A model generated the notes under the pieces. It searched no databases and was not told the DNA's origin. It was given only the letters and a program-made list of their open reading frames with translations. The position numbers were made by a program, and so were the translations under genes. A DNA stretch of 64,000 nucleotides from Candidatus Latescibacterota bacterium. Its GTDB lineage: Bacteria; Latescibacterota; UBA2968. The first letter of the stretch is position 1; every line of letters begins with the position of its first letter. The DNA is taken from positions 8,128,001-8,192,000 of the forward strand of contig OZ240241.1 of the NCBI GenBank assembly GCA_965198115.1, read 5' to 3'. Shown here piece after piece: positions 62,373 to 64,000 of the stretch.

Positions 62373-64000
62373 GGCTTGGCTACGGGCAGGGATTCGAGTC
62401 GGTCTTTTGCCACGTCGGCGTAGGTGGATGGACCAGGTGCACGGGCGAGAAAATTTCGGAAAGCCTGTTCCGCTTTATGACGTGCTCGAGTGCGGAAGTA
62501 GAGCTCACCCAGGACGAAATACACGTCGCTTCGACCGGGATCGAGCACCTTCGCTTGCTCCAGGACTTCGATGGCTGCCGCATCTCGCCCAGCCAGCGAG
62601 ATCGCGTTTCCGAGTCGAAATAGCAGATCGGGCGTGTCTGACTCCAGACGCCTGACTGTTTCGTAGGCGGCGACGGCATCCTCGAAGCGCCTCATTTGGA
62701 GATAGAGGCCTCCCAGATTGTAGTATAGATCCGGAGCAGCGTCTACCAATCGAAGCGCGGAGAGAAAGTGGGATTCGGCCTCCTCGTGCCGTCCACCGTT
62801 CTGAAGGGCGATCGCGTAGCCGTTCAGAATCTGGACATCGTGAGGACGTCTCAAGACAACCCATTCGTAAAACGATGCTGCGTCTTCGAAGTGACCGGTG
62901 GTGTTGAGCGCGTATCCGTAGAGGTGCATCGCCTCGGGATGGAAGCGCCCCGAACGCAGGGCACTCGCGGTGTGGGCAGCGACCGCATTCCAGTTTCCGC
63001 GTAGCTCCTCGCGTATGGCGTGCGCGACGTTTCGTTCGAATTCAAGAAGACGGTAGGTCATCAAAGGCAAAGTGGCGGCCACGACGATAGCGGCGTGCAG
63101 CCAACGAGGTCTGCGAATGGCTCGAGCGGGCTCTGCGCCGAGTGCGAGCGTGATGGCGATGACCAGCCAGAAGTAGAACAAGGGCGTGACGCGCTCCAAA
63201 GGGAAGCTGAAGCAGCTGTGGACCAGAATCGCGACAAGACTCCATACACACGCCAGCGTCAGCCAGGGCGTCGCGTGTTGTCGTCTTGCGAGCGCCTTCC
63301 AGGCAGCCCGCAACGTCAGACCGAGGATCGACAACCACAGGATGAGTCCGGGAATCCCGAGCTCGGACAGGATCAGAAGCGCGAGGTTGTGCGGGCGCTC
63401 CGGGGCGTTGGTGAAGGTGATCGTCTCGCCCTCGTCGTAGGGTGGGTAGGCGATCGCCCAGTTCCCCGCCCCCACACCGGCAACGGGTCGATCCAGAATC
63501 ATTCCCAGGGTGTTTTGCCAGACGGTGATGCGGCCGCGGTCGCCTCCTTTGTCCAGGACGGAGGTCAGTGCGTCGGTGACGCGGCTCTTTTTTTCGTCGA
63601 TGCTTTGCGGTCCTGTCTTTCCGAGCCCCGAAGGGAGCGAGGCGATCGCCGCGGCGATCAGACACGCGTACACCAGGCTCGTCATCCGCGTCCACAGGTG
63701 GCCGAGGAGGTCGCGTCGCGTAATCAGCAGGAGCGTGAGGACGATGAAGAGCCCCACGAGGCTTCCGAGCCAGGCGCCCCGCGTACGCGTCAGGATGATG
63801 AACCCGGCGATCAGACCTGCGCCGACAGCGGCGTATCTGCTGGTCCGTCGTTCGGTGTCGGCGATCAGAAAGCAGGCGAACGGTAACGTCTGGATCGCGA
63901 CCATGGCGGCGATGTTGCGGAATCCGAGCGTGGCACTCGGGAGACCGGCAGATGGCGCATCCAACGGTCGGTAGCCGAGGTGCTGTAGGATGCCAAGGGC
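62369..64000 (-). CDS. Second O-antigen-ligase-family TPR protein (5' end outside the window)
   Basis: TLGFRN, TRTRGAWLG, GVGAGNW, PHN, then TPRs; ATGA overlap with the paralog. Confidence 0.85.
   Translation of the reverse strand, partial: ALGILQHLGYRPLDAPSAGLPSATLGFRNIAAMVAIQTLPFACFLIADTERRTSRYAAVGAGLIAGFIILTRTRGAWLGSLVGLFIVLTLLLITRRDLLGHLWTRMTSLVYACLIAAAIASLPSGLGKTGPQSIDEKKSRVTDALTSVLDKGGDRGRITVWQNTLGMILDRPVAGVGAGNWAIAYPPYDEGETITFTNAPERPHNLALLILSELGIPGLILWLSILGLTLRAAWKALARRQHATPWLTLACVWSLVAILVHSCFSFPLERVTPLFYFWLVIAITLALGAEPARAIRRPRWLHAAIVVAATLPLMTYRLLEFERNVAHAIREELRGNWNAVAAHTASALRSGRFHPEAMHLYGYALNTTGHFEDAASFYEWVVLRRPHDVQILNGYAIALQNGGRHEEAESHFLSALRLVDAAPDLYYNLGGLYLQMRRFEDAVAAYETVRRLESDTPDLLFRLGNAISLAGRDAAAIEVLEQAKVLDPGRSDVYFVLGELYFRTRARHKAEQAFRNFLARAPGPSTYADVAKDRLESLPVAKP

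Overview
GC-rich (roughly 60%) bacterial chromosomal window, mostly core genes: ileS-dksA/traR-lspA-rluD, purF, rnr, sodN, CIRCE-groESL, moeZ-mrp-iscS, ftsY, parAB, ppdK, tRNA-Lys, a cysH-cysM-mec-cysO-rrf2-cysK cluster and rpsT. It also holds a ~15 kb respiratory operon (Rieske / split cytochrome b / octaheme cytochrome c / aa3-type oxidase / heme A synthesis) and three intergenic IS elements (two IS630, one ISAzo13). Two things stand out. (1) A compact minus-strand module at 2920-5991 encodes a MamA-like TPR protein, a small Pro/acidic protein, a MamK-like actin and a degenerate ParB-fold protein, with no iron-biomineralisation mam genes in the window. (2) A ~25-aa motif, DL[ST][QE]FDxI[TP]DRVERAKAKxxAxRK, occurs twice in the cytoplasmic N-terminal extension of the Rieske protein and once at the N-terminus of a neighbouring 2[4Fe-4S] ferredoxin, suggesting an undescribed docking module. 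Many genes carry single-base frameshifts, mostly in homopolymers, so the sequence probably has consensus errors and pseudogene calls are unsafe. All family assignments come from motifs read by eye and recalled reference sequences; no searches were run.
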